Shown: piece after piece, positions 51,067 to 64,000 of the stretch
How positions within the stretch are numbered: the first letter of the stretch is position 1
Layout: each line of letters begins with the position of its first letter
NCBI GenBank assembly: GCA_030390025.1
Contig: CM059432.1
Location: 151,406,001-151,470,000 of the forward strand
Source of the DNA: Squalus acanthias
Lineage: Eukaryota
Reading direction: 5' to 3'
DNA: 64,000 nt
Program-made: the position numbers and the translations under genes
The notes under the pieces: model-generated
What the model was told of the DNA's origin: nothing
Database searches by the model: none
The model's input: only the letters and a program-made list of their open reading frames with translations

Positions 51067-52249
51067 CTAGGCAAAACAGACTCAAAATTTAAGTTATTTG
51101 CCCCAACCTCACATTGATGAGTATTTCAAACTGGATCTATCGAGAGAGTCCGGTGAACAAACAGACGCAATCAACAAGCAACTCATTAGCTAAGTAACTG
51201 CAAAATTAATATTTTTAATAATTTGGCTGCTTGGACCAATTGTTGAATGTTATTTCTTTTTAAAAAATCTTCACAAGCCAGGAATAATAACCGATATGTG
51301 GTAATACCTGGCATGTTGCTGTAACAAGTACATGAAATGCACGACTGATAGTAGTATGAAGCTCTGGGAAAATAACTGAAGTTGATCCCATGCCACTCAT
51401 GATTTAACACATTTGTTATTAACAATCAAACAACACGTTCTTTGTCAATCAATCAATCGAAAGTCTTCAGGTGACCAAGCTTCAAACTGAAGCCACAATC
51501 ACTTCTTTAGTGATTGGAGATTAAGGCATTCTTCGACTACTGCTTTAGCGTAGCTATGAAACAGAAACTGCTAACGTTGCAATGCAAATTGAGAGCCAGG
51601 GCCCAACCTGACTCCAGAAAGAAGTGATACAAGACCCCTTGGAGGGGATCGTCTTGGATCTGACACCACACACTATCGCCGTGTCAAACCAGATTTAAAA
51701 ATCCTGGGCACTTCAAACCTACCTGCAGTTAATTACAATGTATACAGAGTACTGACACTGCCGCCCTCACTCTCAAGCATTTCAATCTCCATGGGAGTGG
51801 AGCCCCGTGCATGTCATGTCCCTCCAAAATTTTAACTTGCCTGTCTTTCAGATGCTATCTGACCAGCTGTGCATTCATTTTTATTTCAGACCTGTATACT
51901 TAATTCTTTAATAAGCAATCACAGCATGTGTGAATTCTTATAACTATAATTTTAAAATAGTGTGCACTTTTTTTTTTACAAAGAAAAGCAGGAAGAACTA
52001 TAATCAGCTGCACCATGTTCTTGTGTCCCCCTGCTTACATTTTGAAAGTTCCTGTTTTAGACCATTAATGACATGGTAAAATTAGTTTGCAGGAGTTTGA
52101 GTCGGAATGTGTAAGAGCGCTAAAATTAACAGAAGCACGGTAGAAACTGAAAACGGTTACAATATTTATGACATAAGTTCAGCTCCTTCACATACAATAG
52201 CTTCTGCAAACCAGTTCTCTTGATTTCATGAGTGTTTGAGAAAGAACTT

Positions 52250-52640
52250 TAATTTATATAGTGCAAAGCACGTCACAACCAATTAACTATTTCTGAAATG
52301 CAGTCACTGTTGTACTGTAAGCAAATACAACAGTAAAATCCCACCAATAGCAATGACATGAACAACCAGTTAATTTGTTTTTGGGAGTATTGTTTTGAGG
52401 GATGAATGTTGGTCAGGACGCTGGGAGATTTCCCTGCTCTTTTGAATAGTATCACGGGATCTTTTACATCCACCTGAACAGGCTGCGGGGGGTTTCCTTA
52501 ACAGATCATCCAAAATCTGGCAAATCTAACAATACAGCGCTCCATCAATACTGCACTGGAGTATCATCCTAGATTATATGCTCAAGGCTTAGACTGGGAC
52601 TCGAAGCCATGATTTTCTGACTGAGGCAAGCGTAGTACCA
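52250..52640 (-). mobile_element. Old degraded SacSINE1-type SINE
   Basis: Recognisable GGATCTTTTACATCCACCTGA and ACTGCACTGGAGT segments. Confidence 0.65.
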
Positions 52641-53729
52641 AATGACACATTTATTCTTTAAAGAAAAATAGATAAAACAAAATAGATTAAGTTAGACTAT
52701 AATGCTTGCCTTTATTTAAAAAAAGGACACTGAGGGAAGCACTCTTCTAAAAATCACACACACAAGACCACTTCAGTTAAAATGTGTAATATAAACAGTG
52801 CAGCAGTTTCAGATTATTTGGGTCAATATTCTACTTGAATGAAAACTAAAGGTTCATATGGTAAGAGACATGCACTAAAATTAAGTTTAGCTCAGAAGCC
52901 AGTAAAATATTTTTACATTTCAAAATCAACTCCTTCTTGCTTCCCTCACCTACCTAGGCCATGTACAATAGCCAGGTATAGGTAAGTAACTTGTCCCTCA
53001 GCCTCTGCTGATAAGCTTGTTGCCAATAGTCCAAAGCAGTAAGTGCTTCCCAGATAATATTCCTAATTTTCATTACCTCAACGAGGCCAACTACATAGCC
53101 TCGGTTTGGCATCTCCCTACAGGTAACAATGCTGAAACTGGAACTCAACACCAAGGAGGAAATCAAATCTCCCACTTACTAACTCCACATACTGGACCAC
53201 TACACTGCCCACAATCATTTTTATAATGTCCCAACAAGTGACAAATACACCAATATGTTTGTCACTATTGCATGTCCAAGTTCAAAAACACTTATTTTGT
53301 GAATAATTTAAGTACAGGTGTAAAGATTATACTTTTTGCTACAGGTTTGCCTTTTATTCTGCAGTATATTACACGTCAGACTCCAGCTTTTCCATAATCG
53401 GGGTAACAAGACCGTTGGCAAGGTGTGTAATAACTAGTGATGTCCTCTGTGCAATGCAATTAAACAGTAACCCCATCCTTAAACAGGTTTAAAGTTAGAG
53501 ATAACCACCCCCATGTTTGGAAGTCTAATATCGACATCTTCGAATGGAGGTGAAATATTTCACCACCCCAAACATCAGTGCCTCACGGGTATATTTGAGT
53601 AAAGTTTTTTTTCAGTGCTTTACTGAATCAGTTACCTCCATTTAATTCGCAAATGTTCGTTATCCCACGTTATTTTTTACTTTGGAGGATTATATTGAAG
53701 TTTGAGTCTGTTTGCCGAGGTTTGTTCTA

Positions 53730-54310
53730 GATAGGAAGAGTAGGCCATTCAGCCCCTCGAGCCTGTTCCACCAAATCAATCAGATCTGTATCTTAACTTC
53801 ATCTTTCCGCCTTGGCTCCATAACCCTCAATACCTTTGGGGGGAAGAGTCCCAAATTCCCACTACCCTTTGTGTGAAGAGGTGCTTCCTGACATTATCCC
53901 TGAACAGCCTAGCTCTAATTTTAAGGTTATGCACCCTTGTTCTGGACACCCCCACCAGATGAAATAGTTATCTCTATCTATCCTATCAAGTCGTTTAATC
54001 ATCTTAAACACCTCAATTAGATCACTCTTTAATTTTCTATATTCAAGGAATATAATCCCTAGTCTATGCAACCTGTCCTCGTAATTTAATCCTTTTAGCA
54101 CCTGGTATCATTCTGGTGAATCTGCACTGCACCCCTCCAAGGCCAACATATCCTTCCTGAGGTGCGGTACCCAGGACTGAACACAGTACCCCAGATGGGG
54201 TCTAACCAGAGCTCTATAGAGCTGTAACATCACTTCCACCCCATTGTATTCCAACCCTCTTGAGATGAAGGCCAACAGTCCATTGGCCTTTTTAATTATT
54301 TTTGTACCTG
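53730..54310 (-). mobile_element. CR1 3' fragment
   Basis: LNYEDRLHRLG..LEYRKLKSDLIEVFKM. Confidence 0.85.
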
Positions 54311-54331
54311 AATTAACAGTACATTAATTAC

Positions 54332-54580
54332 CTGAATATTAGCAAGCAACTCCTCCTGTTTTTTCAGATTTTGCTGCACTCTCTGAGTGTGACTTCCATA
54401 AATTCGATCAAGTTCAGTCACCGAGATGGCCTCCTCATTTATGGCACCATCCTGAGCCAATGCTGTCAGAAACTTGCTCGTCATGTCAAACTGCACTGAC
54501 TTTACTTCGCTCTCAAAAGTTTCTCTCTCCTTCTTGACTTCATTCAAGGAAGCAAGAAGTGTCTTCAGAAGCATAACAAC
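54332..54580 (-). CDS. PDCD6IP: ALIX exon (VVMLLKTLL...FDMTSKFLTALAQDG...LLANIQ)
   Basis: 249 bp, TAG/GTAATT. Confidence 0.96.
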
Positions 54581-54933
54581 CTAAAGCAAGAGCATCAAGA
54601 AGTCAATTGCCAAAAGTAGTTCAACATTTTTAAACTATTATACAAAATAATAGCAACACGACTTCACCATAACAGTTTCATATGCAGGAAAAAAAATCCT
54701 ATGCAACTTCATTTTTAAATATTCAATTTGCAGAGAAAAACTCAAGAATGAGGACATTGACTATAGTTTCAGCAGAAGTTAGCCTAACCAGAAATACAGA
54801 ATAATATTTTATTTTAAAAGTTTGTGAATAAACCAACATCTGTGGAACAACCAAGTTTGAGTCATCAAAATCAAGCCAGGAACAGTGTTGGGTGATCGTA
54901 ACAAAGCTGGACCCATGGTCTGGCACTCCAATT

Positions 54934-55140
54934 AGAGGTCGCACAACACCAGGTTATAGTCCAACAGTTTTATTTGAAATCACAAGCTTTCGGAGCTATC
55001 GATCGCCCCTTCCTCAGGTGAAGGGGCGATCGATAGCTCCGAAAGCTTGTGATTTCAAATAAAACTGTTGGACTATAACCTGGTGTTGTGCGACCTCTCA
55101 ATTTTGTCCACCCCAGTCCAACACCGGCATCTCCGCATCA
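54934..55140. mobile_element. Penelope-like terminal-repeat fragment forming a perfect 79-bp inverted repeat with a hammerhead motif
   Basis: Arms 54934-55012 and 55020-55098 are exact reverse complements; the minus strand contains CTGAGGA...GAAA. Confidence 0.8.
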
Positions 55141-55826
55141 CTCCAATTAGACACTAAGGTACATTCTGCAATTAGGGGTATGGTAGCCTTGTAGTTACAG
55201 TACTGGACTTGCAGCCCAGAGGTCGTGAGTTCAAATCTCATTGTGCAAGTTGTGAAAATAAATTCAATAAATCTGGTAATATGTAGACTACACAATTCCA
55301 CATTGTGTAGTTGCCTCTTAATGCCATCAGAGCAATGATAAATTAATAAATGTTAATCTCATTCCACAGTAGCACAGGTCAGAGATCAGGCTACAACACT
55401 GATAACTCTATGGCACTGGAGCTTTCCTCATGACAACATTTGAGAAGCTCAACCGCACAGGCAGTAAGGACCCAGGTTTAATTCGTTTCTGTGCTAAGTT
55501 AGCCCATATCAACCAGAGAGAGAGTTTGAGGCACTAAAATTAGTGTCAGTACTCCAGTGGGAACGCATTTGCGTGAGCATCAGGTGACTCTGGTGTGATG
55601 ATCCCAGAATCAAATAGCCTCCTGAAGGTGTCAATGCTCATAGGAATAGCAGCCACTAAAGCTAGGTACTGGAAAGCACCTGTGAAACTTTACCGAGGCA
55701 AGGAATTGTAAGGGGAAAAACCTATCAAGAACAAGTTACGAAACTCTACAGTCTCACTTTCATTTCATGACATATTTTTGTTCTAAAAACATGGAGATTA
55801 AGGGCTAATAGCAACTCTTATTTTAC

Positions 55827-55996
55827 CTCACTGCCTTGAAGAGATTTGGTAGGATTGCCAGACGGTATGGCAGCATTCAGCTCTGCTTCAGGTTTACAGA
55901 GAAGTGCAATTACTTCACTGTGAGCAGCGTAACGTTCTCGGACCACTTTATCCGCTTGGACAGCTCGGTCGAGCGTGGTTCTGAAACCATTTCCCT
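55827..55996 (-). CDS. PDCD6IP: ALIX exon (EGNGFRTTLDRAVQAD...LQGSE)
   Basis: 170 bp, AAG/GTAAAA. Confidence 0.95.
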
Positions 55997-58047
55997 CTTG
56001 GAAAAGGGGGAAAAAATGCACACAAGATGATTACTTTCAAAACGTCAACATTACTTGTTTTCTGTATAATCAAAACCTGTTGCTTGGGTCACCTGAAAAC
56101 AACTTAGTAGACCTCTTTCTCCAATTGAGAAACCGAGGTGAAGGAGCAAGGCCCATAGTGCAGGTAACCAAAAAATGTTAAAAAGACCAAGTGCATCATG
56201 AAATAATGATTAGGTTGGACTTTAAAAGCTGATAGATTGCAGATGAAAGAAATACTGAGGGTGGTAAGGAGTTTCACAGTTTTCAGGACCTAGGAAACAA
56301 TGAATCAGAGTAGGAGCCCATGTGACGTGTCCCGATTTCAAAATAGTAGCAGCATAGGAGGAACAGGCTTGCAGGATTTGATACTTGAGGCTAAAAAGGA
56401 AGAGTAGAATGTTTTGAAATTCACTGATCATGGTAGCACTGGTTGCAATGGAGAGAGATTGATTGCCATTTGGTCAAGAAAAATGTATCTGATCCAGCAG
56501 TGAGGCAGTAGAAGAGGCTTCCCAGATATTTGAGAAGTATTCAAGCTTTTGACAGACTTGAATTTTTACAGAGTATGAATAGTTGGTGAAGGGAAAAGTA
56601 GTGGGCATTGTGGTCAGTAACACTGAATTCTGGCCAACATGAAGCTAGTTTTAAGTCTGGTCATCATTAGGCTTGATGTGCAAGTGGGGAGGAGACACAA
56701 TGATAATGCAGAACACAAGGAAACAATTATCCAAAAAAGTCATTGAATTCAGTACCAAATGTGCAACTTTTCTCAGAAGACACACAGTGACAGTAAAAAC
56801 TATCACCCGCCACGGGACTGCCCTTGTGTGATTCCACTCCACTCCTACTGTTCCAACCACTCCAGCCTTCTGTGCATACCCTTCTCCCTATCTGCCACTA
56901 TTACTTATACAGTTTTCAGCTGCTTTGACCTTAATCTCCGAAATTGCAGTTGGAGAACTCTCCACCTCTCTATTTCTCACCATACCCAAAAACCCATCTT
57001 TTAGACCAAATTTTCAGTCACCTCTCCCAATTCTTCCAACATGATCAGCATCATTATATTTCCCTTTGTAAAAAGCACCATAGGACATTTTGTCTATTTT
57101 AAAAAGGTACTATATGTATGAAAATTGTTGAAGTTTGTTTTTCTGAAGGTTGATGCGAAACTCTGATGGGTTCAGTATGAACACCCAAGATAAATCTTAA
57201 TGCTGCAGTTTGTGAATGGAAAGAAAGACCCCACATAAACTGAACTTGGGCAGTCTCAATTCTGTTCTAGTCATTCATGGGACCACAGCATAAAACTGCA
57301 TATAATTTGATACAAGTTGTAATCGACTTGCCAATCTGAAGTACAAATCTTCATACTGATTGAGTAGTTGTTCTTCTGAGGCCGGAGTTAAGGCATGTGG
57401 TTGGAGCAGACCAGAGAGAACTTCACTATGTATCTGGCATGCTTCACAGGAGCCTTGGGGATAAAAGATTTTTTGGTAACACCAAAGCTGCGCATCTTGG
57501 TGAACCACGCCAAACAAAGCTTGAAAGCAAGAAAACTGCTACAAAACCGTGAAGAAAAATATTCCCAGAAAGCAAATGCTTCATTTTCACACGTCAGTAG
57601 TATGATTTTAAGGACTAGACCAGTCAGATTCATTGTCACTGAAACGTGTAGAAGAACAATGCAGTGGTAATCATGGAAACTTACAACTGATAGTGTAAGC
57701 AAAAAATGTTTAGTAATTCCCAACATTTCCATTATTTAATGTTTAAGATGCATGCCAAAGACATCCAGGTCTACAATCCTGCCATTTTCTCTTAGAAGGG
57801 GCTATCACAAGCTTATTTGCAGAGTATGAAGATGTACACAGCACCCTAATTTTACCGGGAACCAGAGTTGCAGTAACAGTGATTGTGTGGACAATACAGG
57901 AACCCAAGAATACCACATTTAAGGAATGAAGATAATGCTATTCAGTTCCAACAGCTGGATTTTTAAGGGCAGAAATGGATCCTGGCATACTGGAGTAGTA
58001 AGTTTAAAATTTTAAAATGCATCTTCATAGTATTTTTTTTTTTTTAC

Positions 58048-58159
58048 CTGTTCTTAGGGGTTTGTACAGTTCATTTGAAGGTGTCCTTTGCCAGCGTTCT
58101 TTAAATTTTGCTTTCAGTTCATGATCTGTGACTTCCTCTTGATCAAGTATTTTCAGTGC
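58048..58159 (-). CDS. PDCD6IP: ALIX exon (ALKILDQEE...RWQRTPSNELYKPLRT)
   Basis: 112 bp, TAG/GTAAAA. Confidence 0.95.
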
Positions 58160-58619
58160 CTAAAAAGAAAATATTTTTCTACATAAAAATTTAGTACTGC
58201 ATCAAGCACTATTCCACAAGGCACAAAAGGCTGCAAATTATTTTTGGCAAAAAAACAAATTCCTTTGTCGGCTATTACAACAGGGGAATTAACCGATTTG
58301 AAATATGTTAATCCTGCAGTTACAAAAGTGGAAGTGGAATATCATAACAGACAGCTTTATTCATGTCAACACTAACTTTGAACCCAAAATAATGAAATGC
58401 TTGCACTAATATTTCCACACTAAACCTTTAAGATCTTGCAACACAAGCCTCTTTACTCGACAGAACTTAAAAAAAAATTCAAAAGCAAACAGTCTATTCA
58501 CACCAGTTACTCAGATGTCCACATGTAGGAAGTGCCCATTTAGCGACTGGAGTTTAACATTTAAAAAAAAACAAGAAACGTGAAGTAGAGAGAGAGAAAA
58601 AATAAAAGAAATAGGTTAC

Positions 58620-58797
58620 CTCATCCAGAATTTCTCTGTTTCTTTGCAGTAGTTCGGGAAGCTCCCTTATAAGTTGATCGATTGTCTGCAGGCCACCCTG
58701 CTGAATGACACTTTTGGACTTCTCCAGGATAGACTGAGGAACGCTGTCTCCAGAAATATCCTCGATGGCAGCTGGGAGATTCAAGGAGGCCAGAACA
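58620..58797 (-). CDS. PDCD6IP: ALIX exon (VLASLNLPAAIED...LQRNREILDE)
   Basis: 178 bp, TAG/GTAACC. Confidence 0.96.
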
Positions 58798-58848
58798 CTA
58801 GGAGAAGAAATTAAAATATAAATCACTTTGTATACATACCATAGAAGT

Positions 58849-59313
58849 GTCAGCTGTGGCTCAGTGGGTAGCACACTCGCCTCGGAGTCAGAAGGTTGTG
58901 GGTTTACAGTCCCACTCCAGGGACTTGAGCACATAAAGCTAGGCTGACACTCCCAGTGCAGTACTGAGGGAGTACTGCACTGTCGGCGGTGCCGTCCCTT
59001 GGATAAGACGTTAAACCGAGGCCCCGTCTGCTCTCTCAGGTGGACGTAAAAGATCCCATGGCACTATTTCAAAGAAGAGCAGGGGAGTTATCCCCGGTGT
59101 CCTGGCCAATATTTATCCCTCAACCAACATAACAAAAATAGATTATCTGGTCATTATCACATTGCTGTTTGGGAAAGCTTGCTGTGCGCAAATTGGCTAC
59201 CGCGTTTCCCACATTACAACAGTGACTACACTCCAAAAGTACTTCATTGGCTGTAAAGCGCTTTGAGACGTCCGGTGGTCGTGAAAGGCGCTATATAAAT
59301 GCAAGTCTTTCTT
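58849..59313 (+). mobile_element. Full-length SacSINE1/DeuSINE-type SINE
   Basis: tRNA-like head (GTGGCTCAGTGGGTAGC), central AGATCCCATGGCACTATTTC-AAGAAGAGCAGGGGAG..GTGTCCTGGCCAA core and L2-like tail GCGCTATATAAATGCAAGTCTTTC. Confidence 0.92.
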
Positions 59314-59399
59314 AACCTCACAATTATCTATTGATACTCTATCATCTCTCCTCTGGTATGCAAACAGACTTTGGATGAATCCAGTGCTTGTATTCTTGC

Positions 59400-59462
59400 T
59401 ATAAATAAAAACAGAAAATGCTGGAAATACTCAGAAGGGTCATCGACCTGAAACGTCAACTC

Positions 59463-59499
<37 letters not shown>

Positions 59500-59580
59500 T
59501 GCCTGACCTGAGTATTTCTAGCATTTTGTTTTTATTTCAGATTTCCAGCATCTGCAGTATTTTGCTTTTGTATTTGTATT
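59400..59580. mobile_element. Penelope-like terminal remnant with (CT)n
   Basis: AATGCTGGAAATACTCAG and CTGAGTATTTCTAGCATT inverted segments plus CGACCTGAAACGT; similar remnants at about 15175-15270 and 44138-44230. Confidence 0.6.
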
Positions 59581-60314
59581 CTTGCTGATTGGTGAAGCTG
59601 CCCCATTTATGCTTCGGGAGTTTTCATAAGTAGTAGATGGAAAAATGATTTTTCTTCTCTATTATTTCCATCAATTTTCATCTTCCCCCACCCCCTTCTT
59701 GGAGCACAGCTCCATGGGCAGCAGTTGTCTGGTAATACCAGGCCCTAGCTAGCAAACTTCATCTATGAACTGAGAAGCTGGCTATCTGACAGAGGAACTC
59801 ACAGCTAAGCCTGATATAAATATGCAGGCACTTCCCAGCACATTGATTTGGAGGTAGAGCGATAAAGAGAAAGCAACTGGAATAACATTTCAGAAAGTTC
59901 AATTATTGTGGCCAAATATGTTGCAAATTGAGAACTGAGATACAAATTCCTTCATCTAAAAAAATAGGAAATAGTTTTAAACCTGCATTAAGCCTTAGTG
60001 TAGAGAGAATTACAGAGCACTGCTTTGATATTTAAATCGAGGCTGCTGATTCATCCATCAGCGGACATATTTTGATATTCATATTTAGGTACAATATTGT
60101 TGAACTTGGCTAGAGAAAAAAATTACAAAGTACTCCAAATCAACAGTGTCAGCAATCATCATACAGAAATGTCTTGTTTGTGAACAACCTGTGCTCTTTT
60201 CTCTGCCTAACTTAAGTTTCTGTTTTCCTTTATTTTATCAGTATATAGTACAAGGTGGGTTGTGTAAAGATTATGATTTGGGCATTAATAGCTGAGGAAA
60301 TGTCTCTTACTTAC

Positions 60315-60438
60315 CCATTGGCTAGATTTGTGGATTCTCTCATCTGTGCTATCAGTCTGTTCACCAAGTCGGCCCTTCTCTGATTGTATATGCTCAGAGA
60401 TTGCTGCACTGCCAAAGGAACCATCTTCGCAAAGAAAT
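60315..60438 (-). CDS. PDCD6IP: ALIX exon (DFFAKMVPLAVQQSL...QMRESTNLANG)
   Basis: 124 bp, TAG/GTAAGT; Bro1-to-V-domain junction. Confidence 0.95.
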
Positions 60439-60879
60439 CTAAATATGTTAAGTTTAAAAAAAATTCTTAACAATTTAGCCATAGCAAATGCATGGGTTCA
60501 GAAATAGTCAATGACACTTCTACTTTATCCCCCAACTCAAAATATTGCATTAACATTTTTTTAGGAAAATGAAAATTTGTTTGTCAGGTACTGTGCACCT
60601 AAAATGATTGCTAAAATAGCAGATATTGGTCAAGTGAACATCATGCAACAACTTGGATGCGATTTTGCTGCTGTAAGGATGGATAGCCAACGCAGTTTAA
60701 AAGGAGCTAGTGCAAATCTTCAAAAAGGGTAAGCGTTGAAGTTAAAACAAAACACTCCTGATAGCTTACTGCACATTTCATATTTTAATGACTGAAAGGA
60801 AGCACCTCATTAAAAATCAAACTGGCAGTGGGAGACCAGTGAGCAGTACTTCAGTAATTGTGGGGTTTATATTTGTTCT

Positions 60880-61485
60880 TCAGATGTGCACGATGCTGGC
60901 AAAGCTGCAATTATTGCCCATCGCTAGTTGCCCCGAGAAGGTGGTCTGCCTTCAATTGCTGCAGTCCTTGTGATGATGCTCCCCACCAAAGCGTGAGGTC
61001 AGAATTCCAGGATTTTGTCCCAACGATGATAAAGGAAAAGCAGTATACATCAAAGTTTGAATGTTGTACGATTTAGAGGAGAACTTGAAGGTAACAGGGT
61101 TTGCATGACTGCTGCTTGGGTCCTTCTCAAAAAGGTACAGCCTGCAGAGCTGGAAGGTCCAATCAATGCAAGCTTGGTGAGTTGCTGCAGTGAATTTTGT
61201 AGATAGTACATACTGCAACCACAGCATGCCAGTGGTGATATCAGTCCAATGGCAGGGGTACTGATCAAGTGGGCCACAATATCCTGGATGGCATTGAGCT
61301 GCTTTAGTGTTGTTGCAGCTGCATCCATCGAGGCAAATGATGAGTAGTTCATCACAGTTCTAATGTGAGCCTTGTAAATGGTGAAAAAGCTTTGAGGGAT
61401 CAGGATGCAAGTCACTTATTGCAAAGTACCAAGCCACTGCCCTGCTCTCGTCACCACAGTGTTATGACTGGGGCAGTTAAGTTCT
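60880..61485 (-). mobile_element. Degraded CR1-like LINE (lineage B)
   Basis: FFTIYKAHIRTVMNYSSFA, homologous to 11012-11836. Confidence 0.8.
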
Positions 61486-61829
61486 ATCTTCAATCGGTGT
61501 TCTCTGGATACAATCCTACCCACCAGTGGAAATAGTTTTCCTTATTTACTCTATCAAAGCCCCTCATAATTTAGAATGCCTCTATTAAATCTCCCCTTAA
61601 ACTTCTCTGCGAAGAAGAACAATCCCAGCTTTTCTAATCGCGCCACATAACTGATGTCCCTCATCCCTGGTTGCTGAAGGTGCGTTCAAACACTTCAACC
61701 TTGTCTCTTGCATTCACATGCTGTGCTCCGTTATGCGGATATTCATGGATTCTCCTCTCCTCTCTCTCCCCCGCAACCCCCACCACCCCAAACGGTTATT
61801 TGCCTGGTTGGTATAAGCTTTGGCTAAGC

Positions 61830-62200
61830 CTCACTCCAGAGACTTGAGCACATAATCTAGGCTCACATTTGAGTGCAGTACTGAGAGACTGCTGCACTGT
61901 CGGAGGTGACGTTAAATCAAGGCCCTGTCAGGTGGATATAAAGATCCTATGGCACTATTAGAAGAAATGCAGGGGAGTTTTCAGTGTGTCCTGGCCAATA
62001 TTTATCCCTCAACCAACATCACAAAACAGATTATCTGGTCATGATCTCATTGCTATTTGTGGGACCTTGCTGTGCACAATTTGGCTGCCATGTTTCCCTA
62101 CATCACAACAGTGACTACACGTCAAAAACAGTTCATTGGCTGTGAAGCACTTTGGGATGTCCTGAGGTTGTGAAAGGTGCTATATAAATGGAAATTCTCT
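61830..62200 (+). mobile_element. SacSINE1-type SINE, 5'-truncated
   Basis: Collinear with 58849-59313. Confidence 0.85.
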
Positions 62201-63164
62201 CTTTTTTCTGCTTGTCCACGATCATTCTCAACTAGATATGGTAGTGCTGCAGAACTCTACTCACATCCATTGGTTGTCGGTCTGCTCAGCTCGGTCTGGT
62301 TTTGGTGTTTAACATGCAGCTACCTTGTGCTGTAGCTTCAGTAGGTTGCCAATTTATTCCAAGAGATGCCTGATGCTGCTCCTGGCATGCTCTTCTACAA
62401 TCCTCACTCAACTAGGATTGGTGTCCCGGCTTGATGGTGATGGAGTAGTGATTAATGTTGCAGCCCACAAGGTTAAATTGTGGCTGTATACAATTCTGCT
62501 GCTGCTGCCCCACATAGATCCCCAATCTTGGACTGGTAGATCTGCCCTTAGTTTAGCCCACGCAGCACAGCAACAGTGCCACACTGTGTGATGGGGTGTC
62601 CTCATTGTGGAGGTAAAACTTGGTCTTCACAAGGACTGCATGATGCCCACTCCTGCTAATGTTATCATGTGCCTCCAACAGGTAGGTTATTGAGGTTGTA
62701 GGTGTATGCACGGGTCTCCGTCTTCTCTACCTTAACTATTTAGGCAGAGAGTAAAAACATACTTCCACACTCCTATTACTGTAAAAGTAGACTACAGTGT
62801 ACCCTATAATAATGAAGTGTAAAACTGGCATGGATGTAATCTCTCCTTTTTGTCCTTTACAGCTCATCTAGAAGTGGGACTTGATGGTACTGCCATTTAA
62901 TGCTTTACCCATCCCTTTCTCTCCAGTGAAAGCAAGAGTCAGGGTTATTCCAGAATCAACACAAATGAAGCTGCTTTTTACAAATGAAACTAGAGACTCT
63001 TTAGTTCAAATCATCTATAGTTCAGCAGTCGCTGTATACGAAAAATTAAAGATTGATTCCAGAATACACACTTCGGAAGGGTTGACAGGCAAGGACATTT
63101 TTCTTCGAAAAGAATCAAAACCTGCCCCAATTGCAAAATGTGGCTGCTCTCACTGTGATCTTAC

Positions 63165-63387
63165 CAGTGAATTTCTGACTTATGGGCACACTGACAGGAG
63201 TAGGCTTCACCAATGTGGCTTTCCCTATAGTCTCCAAGTCTTTCAGATCAGGAACACGGTCATGGTAAATGAAGTCATTATCCTTCTTCGCTGCAGTTAA
63301 CGCACGAGAGATTTTGTCTGAGAGGTCCTTCACATTGATATACTCATCATACCGAGAGGCAACTGTCTTCACCAAGTCTGCTGCATG
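63165..63387 (-). CDS. PDCD6IP: ALIX Bro1-domain exon (HAADLVKTVASRYDEY...KKDNDFIYHDRVP...PISQKFT); gene continues beyond the window
   Basis: 223 bp, CAG/GTAAGA; KDNDFIY Bro1 signature. Confidence 0.97.
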
Positions 63388-64000
63388 CTGAGTTATAAAA
63401 ATAGAAAAACATGAGTTCATCTGTTCGTGTATCTAAAACAAGCAGTTTTGATTTTTAAATTATTGTTTCAGACACTCCTCTTTAATTATACAGAGAAAGA
63501 AAATTTAAGGAATGAGGTTATGGCAATCTGAAAAGTTGTTGCTCAGGTTCATCAAATCCAATTTTAAAACTTCTGGTACAGAAGAAGCTTTGTAGAAGTT
63601 TTGAGTGGAACTGAAAAAATCACAGATTTAATGAAGTACATTTGTAGTTTGTTCAGAGTGAACACAAGATACATTTTGGAGACCTACTGGACAGGATATT
63701 TACCCAAGACGTACACCCAACCGAATGCGACATCTAAGTTTACACCAGTGATACAAGACTAGGCTTGGAGTGGTCGACCATGTTAAATGCTGCAAAGTAG
63801 TTGAGGCGGGATAATGCACAACGGTCACAGAGGACGTCATTTATGACTTTGATTAGGGCCATTTCAATGCTGTGACGGGGCGGAAACCTGATTGGAGAGG
63901 TTCAAACAGGGAGTTGCGGGAAAGTTGGGCACGGATTTGGGAGGCTTCGACACGTTCAAGAACTTGAGGGGCATAGGAGGGTTTTTTTTTGAGGAGGGAG

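Overview
Eukaryotic, repeat-dense vertebrate DNA. The repeat content (HE1-type V-SINE, SacSINE1/DeuSINE-type SINEs, CR1, Penelope-like and Harbinger elements) points to a cartilaginous fish, probably a shark. The right 27 kb holds the last 11 coding exons of PDCD6IP (ALIX) on the minus strand (63387 down to the stop at 36712), all with GT-AG boundaries and consistent phases. The left 36 kb is intergenic and almost all transposon debris. It contains a 31-bp minisatellite, CR1/L2/RTE LINEs, a Penelope fragment, three Harbinger remnants with related MITEs, and an internally deleted env-bearing LTR element with a perfect tRNA-Ser primer-binding site. That element resembles a lokiretrovirus-type element, and its integrase fragment lies downstream of env. 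Other highlights are a perfect 79-bp intronic hairpin carrying a complete minimal hammerhead motif on the ALIX sense strand, a CRE+TATA module shared by five Harbinger arms, and unusual substitutions in the ALIX YPXnL pocket. Family names come from recalled motifs; no database search was run.
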